In this document: one piece after another, positions 22,479 to 32,194 of the stretch
How the letters are laid out: each line of letters begins with the position of its first letter
Position numbering within the stretch: the first letter of the stretch is position 1
NCBI GenBank assembly: GCA_016218805.1
Contig: JACRCW010000080.1
Location: 62,001-126,000 of the forward strand
Source of the DNA: Deltaproteobacteria bacterium
GTDB taxonomy: Bacteria > Myxococcota > JACRCW01
Direction: 5' to 3'
DNA length: 64,000 bases
Notes under the pieces: generated by a model
What the model was told of the DNA's origin: nothing
The model's input: the letters and a program-made list of their open reading frames with translations, nothing else
The model's database searches: none
Translations under genes and position numbers: made by a program

Positions 22479-24079
22479 GCACCTTCACCGCCGGTTGCAC
22501 GCTGGCCTGGACGCTGCTGCTGGCTCCGCAGGGTGGCCGCCCGCCGCCGCCGCCACCGCCACCGCCGCCCGCGGCGGAACCCGCCCCGGCTCCCGCCGCC
22601 AAACCGGCGCCCGCGGCGGCGCCGGGCAAACCCGCCGCAACCCAACCGGCTGAGGGTGAGAAGAAGGAGGCGGCCAAACCGGAGAGCAAGCCCGCGCCCA
22701 AGAAGGTGAGCCCGGAGCAGGCGTTTGAAACGGGTGTGAAGGCGTTCAACACCGGCGGGTACGGCAAGGCCGCGGAGAATTTCTACGTCTACCTGACCAC
22801 GCAGGAGCCCAACGCGCCGTTTTATGACTGGAGCGAGTACTACCTGGGCCGGTCCCTGCGGGCGGCCGGCATGGCGCACGCGGGTGACGAATACCTGTAC
22901 AACGTGGCCAAGGCGCGCGCGCGCCCGGACCTGGTGCCCGACGCGCTGCGGGGCCTGGAGGAGGACATCCGGCACGGCGCGTACGACGAGGAACTGCTGG
23001 TGCGCGACCTCATTGCGGGGAGCGAGTTTGGCGACGTGCCCAACGATGTGAAGGCGTTTGTCCAGTACTGGCAGGGCATGGTGGACCTGCGCGACGGGCG
23101 CGAGGACTGGGCGCTGCTGCACTTCCACAAGATCCCCGAGGGCACGCGCTACACGGCCATGGCCACCCACGTGATGGCGGTACAGGCGCTCACCAAGGGC
23201 AAGGTGGATGAGGCCGGCGAGATGTTTGCCTCCATTCTCAAGGACCCGCACGCGGACCTGGAGACGGTCAATGAGGCGCACCGCAGCCTGGCGCGCGTGC
23301 TGTTTGAGAAGAAGGACTACCTGGGCGCACTCAAGAAGTATGACGACGTGAAAGTGCCGTTCCTCTCCGAGGAGGAGGCGTCCATCTTCCTGGAGAAGGC
23401 GTGGGCCCGTTACTACCTGAAGGACCACCGCGGCGCGCTGGCCATCCTGCTGTCTTTGGACGCGCCCTCCTACCGCCGCACGTACTTCCCGGAGCGGTGG
23501 ATCCTGGAGGCGCTCATCTACAAGAGCCTGTGCCACTACGCGGCGTCCAAGGCCTCCGCGCGCGAGTTCACGCGCCGCTACGGGGACGCGCTCAAGGCGC
23601 TGCGTGACCAGCGCACGCCGCTGGCGCACCCCACCATCCGCAACGCCGCGCTGCAGAGCCCGGTGGCGGGCCGCCGCCTGCGGCAGCTCAAGCGGCTGAC
23701 CACGGAACGGGACCGCCTGCTGGATTTCAAGACGTCCGACGTGCTCAAGAAGCACCTGCTGCGCGTGTACGACCTGAAGGTGAAGGAGACGGGGCGCCTG
23801 CTGGAGGAGGACCTGGAGCGCGAAGCGCGGCGCGTGGCGGACGAGCTGCTGGACATTGAGGAGCAGGCGCGCCTGGTGGACTACGAGGTGGGCCTGGAGG
23901 TGTTCCGCCGCGTGCCGCAGGCCGCGCGCCGCACCCGGATTCCGGAGCGGGACAAGCCCGCGCCGTTTGGCAGCCGTGAGGTCCACTACCTGTTTGACGG
24001 CGAATACTGGAACGACGAGCTGCACGACTACCAGGTCTCCATTGAGGACCGGTGCTTTGCGGAGGGCCTGTTCAAATGA
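22475..24079 (+). CDS. GltC-like periplasmic TPR protein
   Basis: TPR-like helices, FLEKAWARY and C-terminal YLFDGEYWNDELHDYQVSIEDRC, characteristic of GltC. Confidence 0.8.
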   Translation: MSTFTAGCTLAWTLLLAPQGGRPPPPPPPPPPAAEPAPAPAAKPAPAAAPGKPAATQPAEGEKKEAAKPESKPAPKKVSPEQAFETGVKAFNTGGYGKAAENFYVYLTTQEPNAPFYDWSEYYLGRSLRAAGMAHAGDEYLYNVAKARARPDLVPDALRGLEEDIRHGAYDEELLVRDLIAGSEFGDVPNDVKAFVQYWQGMVDLRDGREDWALLHFHKIPEGTRYTAMATHVMAVQALTKGKVDEAGEMFASILKDPHADLETVNEAHRSLARVLFEKKDYLGALKKYDDVKVPFLSEEEASIFLEKAWARYYLKDHRGALAILLSLDAPSYRRTYFPERWILEALIYKSLCHYAASKASAREFTRRYGDALKALRDQRTPLAHPTIRNAALQSPVAGRRLRQLKRLTTERDRLLDFKTSDVLKKHLLRVYDLKVKETGRLLEEDLEREARRVADELLDIEEQARLVDYEVGLEVFRRVPQAARRTRIPERDKPAPFGSREVHYLFDGEYWNDELHDYQVSIEDRCFAEGLFK

Positions 24080-27000
24080 GGCGCGCACTGATGGCGGGCC
24101 TGCTGCTGCTGGCCCAGCCCCCCGCCGCGGAGGCGGCCAAGGACTACCGCACCACCGTGCAGCGGCGCGGCGAGTTCCTGCAACAGCTCAAGCGGGACAT
24201 CAGCAAGATAGACAAGTCCATTGTCATCACCAAGGAGCTCATTGCCCGCTCCAAGGGCGAGAAATACCTGGCGGACCTCAACTTCCGCCTGGCCGAGCTG
24301 TACGTGGCCAAGAGCCGCCTGCTGTACTTCAAGGTGCTGGAGGAGGCGGGTGTTGAGGACAAGCGGTCCATCACGGCGCCTGAGGCGCGCCTGCTCAAGG
24401 ACCAGGCCATCCAGACCTACCGGCGCATTCTGCGGGAATTCCCGGATTACCCGGATAACGACAAGATCCGCTTCTACATTGCCCATGAGCTGCGGGAGCT
24501 GGGCGAGTTTGAGCAGATGATCAAGGAGTACCAGCTGCTGGTGGAGCAGTACCCGGAGAGCGACCTGCGCGTGGAGGCGTGGCTGGTGCTCGGGGACTAC
24601 TACTTTGACAAGGCGGACCTGGACCAGGCGGAGGTCTATTACCGCAAGATCATCGACAGTCCCGAGAGCTACGTGCACAACCTGGCGCGCTACAAGCTGG
24701 CGTGGGCGCACATCAACCGCGAGCGCTGCAAGGAGGCACTGGGACTGTTTGAGAAGGTGGTGACCAGCGAGAACGTGGAGGCGCAGCGCGCGGTGCAGGT
24801 GGACAGCCAGAGCCGCATGAACGTGCGCCGCGAGGCGCTGGTGGACAGCGCGTTCTGTTACACCGAGGTCAAGAAGCCGCAGGACGCGGTGCTGTACTAC
24901 CGGCGGCTGGCGTCATCCCGGCAGGACTACCTGGCCGCCATTGAGAAGCTGGCGCGCCGCTACACCATCAAGGGGGACCCCGGCTCCTCCGCCATGCTGT
25001 ACCGCGAGGCAATGGCGGTCTCCAATGACGTCGAGCACAACATGGAGCTCGCGTTCAAGATCTACGAGATGGTGCAGCAGTCCAAGCGGCGGGAGGACAC
25101 TGACCGTGACGTGGAGCTGCTCATTGGCGCGGCTGCGCGGTACCGCTACTCCTGGCGCGGCAGCGACCAGCAGCGCGAGGAAACGCTCAACGACGTGGAG
25201 CTCATCACGCGCGACCTGGCGACGAAACTGCAGCTGGAAGCGCAGCAGAAGAACAACCCCAAGCTGCACGCCAAGGCGGCACGCGCGTACAAGGCGTACC
25301 TGTCGCTGTTCAGCGAGTCCCCCGCGGCCATGGACATGACGTGGAACTTTGCCGAGGCGCAGTTTGAGAGCGGGCAGCACGTGGAGGCGGGGCGCACCTA
25401 CGAGAAGCTGGTGCGCATCTACGACGTGCAGAACCCGCGCGCGGCACCCGTGGCCGCGGCCGCCCCCCCGCCGGCCAAGGGCGCGCCGGCCAAGGGCGGG
25501 AAGGCGGCCGTCCCCGCCGCCAAAGTGCCGGAAGCCAAGAAGGCCGGTGCGCCCGCCGCGCCCAAGACGGACGTGGCCAAGGTGGTCAGCGCGGGCGCCG
25601 GCGGCGCGCAGGAGGGCGAGCGCAAGAAAGCGCTGTATTCGGCAGTGGTGGCGTATTTTGAGGCAATCAAGCGGGCGCAGACCCTCAGCCGCCTGGACCA
25701 GACGCTGGCGCGCGAGGGCATCAAGAACCTGGGCGCGCGCTACGTGGAGGAATACCCCAAGGACGAGAACACGCCGCAGGTGAAGTTCAACGTGGCGCGC
25801 GCGTACTACGAGCAGGGTGAACTCAAGAAGAGCTTTGAGCTGTTCTACGCGTTTGCCAACGAATACCCCGGCAACAAGGACGCGCTGGCCGCGGCCAACC
25901 TGTCCATGGACGCGCTCAGCCAGCTGGAGGACTTCACGGAACTGGCCAAGCGCGCGCGCGAGCTGGCCAAGAACGAACGGCTGGGCGACAAGGCGTTCCG
26001 CGACGAGCTGGTGGCCATGGCGGGCAGCGCCGACCAGTCCGAGATCAACAAGCGCACCATTGAGGCCGAGGGGAACCTGCAGGTGGCCCTCAAGGACATC
26101 ATCCAGGAGAAGAAAGGCACGGAGATGGCCGCCAAGGCGCTGTACCAGGCCTTTGCGGTGGCCAAGGACCGGCGCGACGTGGCGTCCATGGAGCAGGTGG
26201 GCAAGGAACTGGCCGAGGAGTACCCCGACAGCCAGTACACCCAGACGGTGCTGCCGGCGCTGGGCGAAGCGGCCATCCAGGCCGGCGAGTTTGAGAAGGG
26301 CGCCGGGTATTATGAGGAGTTTTCGCGGCGCTTTGCGCGGGACAAGGCGGCGCCGGACCTGCTGTTTGCCGCCGCGGAGCTGCGGCTGGCGCTGGGTGAC
26401 CGCAGCGCCGCCATGACGATGTTTGAGAAGCTGGCGCAGATCCAGCCGGACCAGGCCAAGCGTGCTGACATCATGATGCGCGCCTCCCGCGCCGCGTTTG
26501 ACGCGCGCAACTACCGGCGCGCGGCCGAGGTGGCGGCGGGACTGTTTGGTGACAAGGACCGCGGGGTGCCGGCGCGCGCGCTGGCGGGGGAAGCGTACTT
26601 CCGCTCGGGTGACGAGGCGCAGGCCGCGCGGCTGCTGCAGGAGGCGGCGCTTGCCGGGGCCAGGGGCGAGGGCGGCGCGGAAGGGCGCGAGGCCGCCTCG
26701 CGCGCGCAGTTCCTGTTGGGAGAGGTCCTGCGCAAGGAATGGGAGCCCATCCAGTTTGGCAGCGGGCAGGATGACAACGCGGTCCTGGAGGCCAAGTTCA
26801 CGCGCCTCAGCCAGATGGAGGAGCTGTACGCGGGCGCGGTGCAGCTGGGTGACCCGGACAGCGCCATTGGCGCGCTGTACCGCCTGGCGCACATCTACCG
26901 TTCCACGGCGGACATGCTGGACAACGCGCCCATGCCCGCCGGCCTGTCCGCGGATGACCAGAAGGCCTACAAGGCCGCGCTGGCTGAACGCTCCGGGCCC

Positions 27001-27537
27001 ATGCGCACCCAGGCCGACGAGTACCTCAAGGCGTGCAAGCAGAAGGCGGTGGAGCTCAAGGTGTTCACCCACTACACCAAGGGCTGCCTGACGGGCGCCA
27101 GCGTCACCGACGAGCTGCCGCAGCCGCCGCCGCGTCCGTCCGTGGAAATCCCCGGTGCCGCCGAGTTGCGCAACAAGCTGCGCAGCAACCCCAAGGACTT
27201 TGCCGCGCTGGTGGAGCTGGGGCGCAAGGCGCTGGGCGTGGGTGACTTCTACGCGGCGTCCGTGATCTTCAACCGCGCTGAAGAACTCAACGAGAACTCC
27301 GCCGAGGTGCAGAACGCGTTGGGCGTGACCGCCTACGCCACGGGCCGGCCGCAGGAGGCGTACTTCCTGTTCCAGAAGGCCGCCAAGCTGGAGCCCGCCT
27401 ACGCGCCGGCCCAGCACAACCTGGCACTCATGTACGCCGAGTACGGCGACCAGAAGCACGCTGACGAAGCGCGCAAGGCCGCGGCCGGGTCCGCCGGGTC
27501 CGGCCCGGAGATCATCCGTCCCGCGGGAGGTGGCTGA
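24076..27537 (+). CDS. GltD/AgmU-like large TPR protein with an extra C-terminal TPR block
   Basis: Signal peptide, FRLAELY, EFPDYP, ARYKLAW, AIGALYRLAHIY...NAPMPAGLSADDQKAYKAAL...CKQKA. ATGA overlap with the previous gene. Confidence 0.82.
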   Translation: MRRALMAGLLLLAQPPAAEAAKDYRTTVQRRGEFLQQLKRDISKIDKSIVITKELIARSKGEKYLADLNFRLAELYVAKSRLLYFKVLEEAGVEDKRSITAPEARLLKDQAIQTYRRILREFPDYPDNDKIRFYIAHELRELGEFEQMIKEYQLLVEQYPESDLRVEAWLVLGDYYFDKADLDQAEVYYRKIIDSPESYVHNLARYKLAWAHINRERCKEALGLFEKVVTSENVEAQRAVQVDSQSRMNVRREALVDSAFCYTEVKKPQDAVLYYRRLASSRQDYLAAIEKLARRYTIKGDPGSSAMLYREAMAVSNDVEHNMELAFKIYEMVQQSKRREDTDRDVELLIGAAARYRYSWRGSDQQREETLNDVELITRDLATKLQLEAQQKNNPKLHAKAARAYKAYLSLFSESPAAMDMTWNFAEAQFESGQHVEAGRTYEKLVRIYDVQNPRAAPVAAAAPPPAKGAPAKGGKAAVPAAKVPEAKKAGAPAAPKTDVAKVVSAGAGGAQEGERKKALYSAVVAYFEAIKRAQTLSRLDQTLAREGIKNLGARYVEEYPKDENTPQVKFNVARAYYEQGELKKSFELFYAFANEYPGNKDALAAANLSMDALSQLEDFTELAKRARELAKNERLGDKAFRDELVAMAGSADQSEINKRTIEAEGNLQVALKDIIQEKKGTEMAAKALYQAFAVAKDRRDVASMEQVGKELAEEYPDSQYTQTVLPALGEAAIQAGEFEKGAGYYEEFSRRFARDKAAPDLLFAAAELRLALGDRSAAMTMFEKLAQIQPDQAKRADIMMRASRAAFDARNYRRAAEVAAGLFGDKDRGVPARALAGEAYFRSGDEAQAARLLQEAALAGARGEGGAEGREAASRAQFLLGEVLRKEWEPIQFGSGQDDNAVLEAKFTRLSQMEELYAGAVQLGDPDSAIGALYRLAHIYRSTADMLDNAPMPAGLSADDQKAYKAALAERSGPMRTQADEYLKACKQKAVELKVFTHYTKGCLTGASVTDELPQPPPRPSVEIPGAAELRNKLRSNPKDFAALVELGRKALGVGDFYAASVIFNRAEELNENSAEVQNALGVTAYATGRPQEAYFLFQKAAKLEPAYAPAQHNLALMYAEYGDQKHADEARKAAAGSAGSGPEIIRPAGGG

Positions 27538-28172
27538 TGCGGACCCCACGGCACCTCGTTGGGCTCATCGCCGGCGGCATGCTGGTTGCGTCATTGGGCT
27601 GCGGGCTGCGCTACCGCGTGGACCGCGACCTGTTGGAGTCCATCCCGCCGGAGGACAAGCTGGCTCTGTTTGACGCGGAGAATGACGTGCTCATTGCCAA
27701 GGACGAGGGCGAGGCAGCGCGCAACGACCGCGAGGACGCGCAGCGCGCGCTGGAGGACGCCGAGGACGACGTCTCCAGCATCCGCAAGCGCGCGGACGCG
27801 GAGAAGGACACACGGCTCAAGACGCTGCTGCGCGCCTGGGCGGACCGGAAGATTGAGTGGCGGGAGGCGGAGGTGGACCTGGCGGAGGCGCGCATGGACG
27901 CGGCGCACGCCGCGCTCATGGCGGCGCGCGCGCGCTACGAACGCGCCAAGGCGCTCATCATGAAGGAGCGCGCGCCGCGCCGGGCCACGGACATCAGCAT
28001 GAAGGACTTTGACGGGCAGGTGAAGGACCGGAATGCGGACGCCGCGGAAGGGCTCAAGGACACTGACAAGGTGCGCGCGGAACGCGACAAGAAGCGCGCC
28101 GCGTATGACGACGTGAGCCGGCAGCTGCAGCAGATCTCCGGGGGCGCCTACGGCGGCCCGTGGGCGGATTGA
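27537..28172 (+). CDS. Coiled-coil lipoprotein
   Basis: Lipobox-like ASLGC and a long helical heptad-like region. Overlaps the previous stop (TGATG). Confidence 0.8.
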   Translation: MRTPRHLVGLIAGGMLVASLGCGLRYRVDRDLLESIPPEDKLALFDAENDVLIAKDEGEAARNDREDAQRALEDAEDDVSSIRKRADAEKDTRLKTLLRAWADRKIEWREAEVDLAEARMDAAHAALMAARARYERAKALIMKERAPRRATDISMKDFDGQVKDRNADAAEGLKDTDKVRAERDKKRAAYDDVSRQLQQISGGAYGGPWAD

Positions 28173-28188
28173 GCGGAGGCGGGGAACG

Positions 28189-30180
28189 ATGCGCGCGACA
28201 CACGCGTTGGCTCGGTGGTGGATCGGCGGGCTGTGCGGCGCCCTCCTGCTGTCCGCGGGGATGCTGCACGCGCAAGCCGAGACGATTGAGACGCTGGAGA
28301 ATGCCGTCAAGGCGGCGCCCGACGACGCTGAGAGCCGCTACATGCTGGCGATGGCGTTTGCCAAGGAGAACCGCCTGGAGGACGCGCTGCGCGAGCTCAG
28401 CGCCGCCGTGGATACCGAGCCGCAGAACCCGGACTTCCACCAGGCCCTGGGCCTGCTGCTGGAGAAGAAGGGTGACTCCGCCAAGGCCATGGAGGAGTTC
28501 CAGAAGGCGTTTGACCTGGCGGACAGCCCGGAGGCCAAGTTTGACCTGGCACGCTCCTTCATCACCGGGGGGAAACCGGAGCAGGCCATCAAGCTGCTGG
28601 AAGGCATGCTCTCCGAAACACCCGAGTTCACCGCGGCGCGGTTCAACCTGGCACAGGCGTACGAGGCCGCGGGCCGCATGGATGAGGCCGTGCAAGCCTA
28701 CCAGCGCGTCATCAGCGAGGCGCCCAAGGACAACAGCGCACTCATCAACCTGGGCAAGCTGTACGCGGAGCGCGGGTTCTTTGATCAGGCGCTCACCAAC
28801 CTGAACAAGGCGCTGGAGGTGGTGCCGCGCGACGCCGAGGCCAAGTACAACCAGGGCACCGTCTACTTCCGCATGAAGCGCTTCCCGGAAGCGGCCAAGG
28901 CGTTTGAGGAGGCGATCACGTACGACCCCAAGCGCCTGCAGGCCCACAACAACCTGGGCGTCACCTACCAGAAGATGGGGCAGAAGGAGAAAGCGGTGGC
29001 GCAGTTCCGCCGCGTGCTGGCGCTGGATGACAAGTACGCGGACGCGCACTTCAACCTGGGACTGGCCGCGTTCCAGACGGCGCAGTTTGAAGAGGCGGAG
29101 AAGGAATTCAAGCGCACGCTGGAGATCAAACCGGACTACGCGGAGGCCAAGTTCCACCTGGGCGAGGTGTACTTCCAGCGCGGCCAGACCGGCAAGGCGC
29201 TGGACGAGTACAAGGCGGCCCTGCAGCTGTCTCCCGACGACGCCGCGACCCATCACCGCCTGGCCGACGCCTACCTGCGGCAGGGCGAGATTGACCTGGC
29301 CATTGGCGAATACCGCGCGGCGTACAACGCCGACCCGCGCGACCGGCAGGGCCGGCAGCAGCTGATGCGCCTGCTGGTGGGGAAGTCCCGCAACGACGAG
29401 GCCATTGAGATTGGCAAGAGCGCGCTGGAGAAGGACGCGCGCGACATGGAGACCCATCACCTGCTGGCCGAGGCGTACAAGGCGCAGGGCTTCAGCCGCC
29501 TGGCCGTGGAGCAGTACCAGGCCGCCCTGCAACTGGTCCCGGAATCCGCGGTCACGCACGCCCGCTACGCGCAGGCCCTGGTGGACAAGGGTGACGCGGC
29601 CGGCGCCGCCTCCGCCGCCAAGATGGCCATGCAGCTGGACCCCAAGCTGCCGGAGGCGCGCATGGTGCTGGGAGACCTGGCCATGGCCAAGAATGACTTC
29701 AAGGGCGCCATCACCGAGTACAAGGCCGCCACCGCCGCCGCACCCAAGAACGCGGACGCGTGGGTGGACCTGGGGTTTGCCTACCTCAAGAGCCCGGACG
29801 CCAAGGACACCAAGGCGTGCATTGACGCCCTGCAAAAGGCGGCCAAGCTGGACCCCAAGCACGCGCGGGCGCGGTATTACCTGGGCTTTGCGCTGTTCAA
29901 GACGGGGGACAAGAAGAAGGCGCTGGAGAGCTTCCTGACCGCGGGCGGGCTGGACCCGCACCTGGCTGAGGCGCATTTCAACGCGGGGAAGATTCTTGTG
30001 GGTGACGGGCGCAAGCAGGAGGCCGCCAATGCGTTCAAGCGCGCCACCACCGCACGCGAAGGTTACGGCGAAGCGCTGCTGGAGCTGGAGAAACTGGCCG
30101 CCGAGGGCGTGAAGCCCGAACTGCCCGGCGCCACCCCCGCCCCACCCACCGCGCCGGCGGCGGCGTCCGGCCCCCAATAA
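28189..30180 (+). CDS. Exported multi-TPR protein
   Basis: Signal peptide followed by many canonical TPRs (AHNNLG, AHFNLG, AKFHLG). Confidence 0.92.
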   Translation: MRATHALARWWIGGLCGALLLSAGMLHAQAETIETLENAVKAAPDDAESRYMLAMAFAKENRLEDALRELSAAVDTEPQNPDFHQALGLLLEKKGDSAKAMEEFQKAFDLADSPEAKFDLARSFITGGKPEQAIKLLEGMLSETPEFTAARFNLAQAYEAAGRMDEAVQAYQRVISEAPKDNSALINLGKLYAERGFFDQALTNLNKALEVVPRDAEAKYNQGTVYFRMKRFPEAAKAFEEAITYDPKRLQAHNNLGVTYQKMGQKEKAVAQFRRVLALDDKYADAHFNLGLAAFQTAQFEEAEKEFKRTLEIKPDYAEAKFHLGEVYFQRGQTGKALDEYKAALQLSPDDAATHHRLADAYLRQGEIDLAIGEYRAAYNADPRDRQGRQQLMRLLVGKSRNDEAIEIGKSALEKDARDMETHHLLAEAYKAQGFSRLAVEQYQAALQLVPESAVTHARYAQALVDKGDAAGAASAAKMAMQLDPKLPEARMVLGDLAMAKNDFKGAITEYKAATAAAPKNADAWVDLGFAYLKSPDAKDTKACIDALQKAAKLDPKHARARYYLGFALFKTGDKKKALESFLTAGGLDPHLAEAHFNAGKILVGDGRKQEAANAFKRATTAREGYGEALLELEKLAAEGVKPELPGATPAPPTAPAAASGPQ

Positions 30181-30274
30181 CCCCGAAAGTGCCTCATGGG
30201 GTGCGGCACTCTCCGCCGGGCCCCCCGCCGTGGCCTGTGGACGCGCCGATCCGCGGCGGATACACGTCGCCACC

Positions 30275-30832
30275 ATGCCCGGCCCCCTGCCCCGCCATCT
30301 GACAGCCGCCCTGGCGGTGGTGGCGCTGGCTTCCGGCTGCGCCGCGCTGCGCCCCCGCCCGTCCGACGACGTGGCGCTGCAACAGAAGGCCGCCGTGGAG
30401 AAAGGCGTCCGCATCTACCTGGGCACGCGCTACCGCACCGGCGGCACGGACCGCCGCGGCATGGACTGCTCCGGGTTCACGCGCACCGTCTACGCGCGCG
30501 CGGGCATCACGCTCCCGCGCACCGCGGTGGACCAGTTTTCTGCCGGGCACTCCGTGGACAAGGACGAGCTGCAGTACGGGGACCTGCTGTTCTTCAACAC
30601 CAAGCGGCTGGCCACCAGCCCCTGCGCGTGCTGGTTCTCGTGGTGGAAGAGTTCGTGGGACGTGCCCGGGGTGTACGGCATCACGCACACGGGCATCTAC
30701 GTGGGCGGCGGGAGGTTTGTGCACGCCAGCCCCACCTCCGGCGTGTCCCATGCGCGCCTGGAGGACGACTACTGGCGGGAACGCTACGTGGGCGCGCGCC
30801 GGGTGATGGAAGACCTCCCGGAGGGGGATTGA
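30275..30832 (+). CDS. NlpC/P60 (C40) peptidoglycan endopeptidase lipoprotein
   Basis: Lipobox LASGC; YLGTRYRTGG, DCSGF, LPRT, GDLLFF, THTGIY and FVHAS. Confidence 0.93.
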   Translation: MPGPLPRHLTAALAVVALASGCAALRPRPSDDVALQQKAAVEKGVRIYLGTRYRTGGTDRRGMDCSGFTRTVYARAGITLPRTAVDQFSAGHSVDKDELQYGDLLFFNTKRLATSPCACWFSWWKSSWDVPGVYGITHTGIYVGGGRFVHASPTSGVSHARLEDDYWRERYVGARRVMEDLPEGD

Positions 30833-30892
30833 CGGCGCGGTGGAAGTATCCACTATTCCGCGCGGACACGTTGGCGCGACAGGAGGGCAACC

Positions 30893-32182
30893 ATGGCGGG
30901 CGTGGTGTGCGTGGGGGCCCAGTGGGGCGACGAGGGCAAGGGCAAGGTGGTGGACCTGCTGACGGAGCGCGCCGACGTGGTGGTGCGCTTCCAGGGCGGG
31001 AACAACGCGGGGCACACGCTGGTGGTGGCCGGCGTGCAGACCGTGCTGCACCTGGTCCCCAGCGGCGTGCTGCACGAGGGCAAGACGTGCGTCATTGGCA
31101 ATGGCGTGGTGGTGGACCCGGAGGTGCTGCTGCACGAGATTGAGAGCCTGCAGGCGCGCGGCCTGCTCAAGGACCCGCGGCGGTTGGCGGTGAGCGGGCA
31201 GGCACACGTGATCCTGGACGTGCACAAGCGCATTGACCGCGCGCGTGAGCAGTACCTGCCGCGGAAGATTGGCACCACGGGGCGCGGCATTGGCCCGGCG
31301 TACGAGGACAAGGTGGCGCGGCGCGGGCTGCGCATGCAGGACATGCTCAAGGCGCAGTGGCCGGACCTGCTGCGCGAGCGCATTGCGTCCGTGAACACGT
31401 ACCTGACGGGCATGGGCGCGCCGTCCATCACCGGCGCGGAGTTGGAGGAGATGATTGCGCGGACGCGGCGGCACGCTCAGGCGCTGCGGGACCACGTGAC
31501 AGACACGGTGTTTCTGTTGGACCAGGCGCGCCGGGCCGGGAAGAACATCCTGTTTGAGGGCGCGCAGGGCACGTTCCTGGACGTGGACCACGGCACCTAC
31601 CCGTACGTGACCAGTTCCAACACGGTGGCGGGCGCGGCGTGCGCGGGGGCCGGCGTGGGCCCCACGGCCATCCAGCGCGTGGTGGCGGTGTCCAAGGCGT
31701 ACACCACGCGCGTGGGCGAGGGCCCCTTCCCCACCGAACTGCATGACGCGATGGGGCAGCGGCTGCGCGAGACGGGCGCGGAGTTTGGCGCGACGACGGG
31801 ACGGCCGCGGCGGTGCGGCTGGCTGGACCTGGTGGCGCTGCGGCGCGCGGTGTGCCTGTCCGGCGCGGACGCGCTGGTGGTCACCAAGCTGGACATCCTC
31901 AGCGGCATTGGCCCGCTGCCGGTGGCGGTGGCCTACGAGGTGGACGGCAAGCGCGTGACCGAGTTCCCCACCGACACCGACGACGTGACCCGCGCCCGGC
32001 CGGTGTACCGCGAACACCCGGGCTTTGACGGCGAACTGCGCGGTGCGCGCACCCTGGCGGAACTGCCCCCGAACGCGCGCGCGTACGTGGAGATGATGGC
32101 ATCCGAGCTGGGCGTGAAGCTGGCGCTGGTCTCTGTGGGCGCGGGCCGCGGCGAAGAGATCATGCTGGACCCGGTGTTCTGA
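30893..32182 (+). CDS. purA: Adenylosuccinate synthetase
   Basis: GAQWGDEGKGK, GGNNAGHT, IGTTGRGIGPAY, FEGAQG and GATTGRPRRCGW. Confidence 0.98.
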   Translation: MAGVVCVGAQWGDEGKGKVVDLLTERADVVVRFQGGNNAGHTLVVAGVQTVLHLVPSGVLHEGKTCVIGNGVVVDPEVLLHEIESLQARGLLKDPRRLAVSGQAHVILDVHKRIDRAREQYLPRKIGTTGRGIGPAYEDKVARRGLRMQDMLKAQWPDLLRERIASVNTYLTGMGAPSITGAELEEMIARTRRHAQALRDHVTDTVFLLDQARRAGKNILFEGAQGTFLDVDHGTYPYVTSSNTVAGAACAGAGVGPTAIQRVVAVSKAYTTRVGEGPFPTELHDAMGQRLRETGAEFGATTGRPRRCGWLDLVALRRAVCLSGADALVVTKLDILSGIGPLPVAVAYEVDGKRVTEFPTDTDDVTRARPVYREHPGFDGELRGARTLAELPPNARAYVEMMASELGVKLALVSVGAGRGEEIMLDPVF

Positions 32183-32194
32183 ACCGGCTGCACG

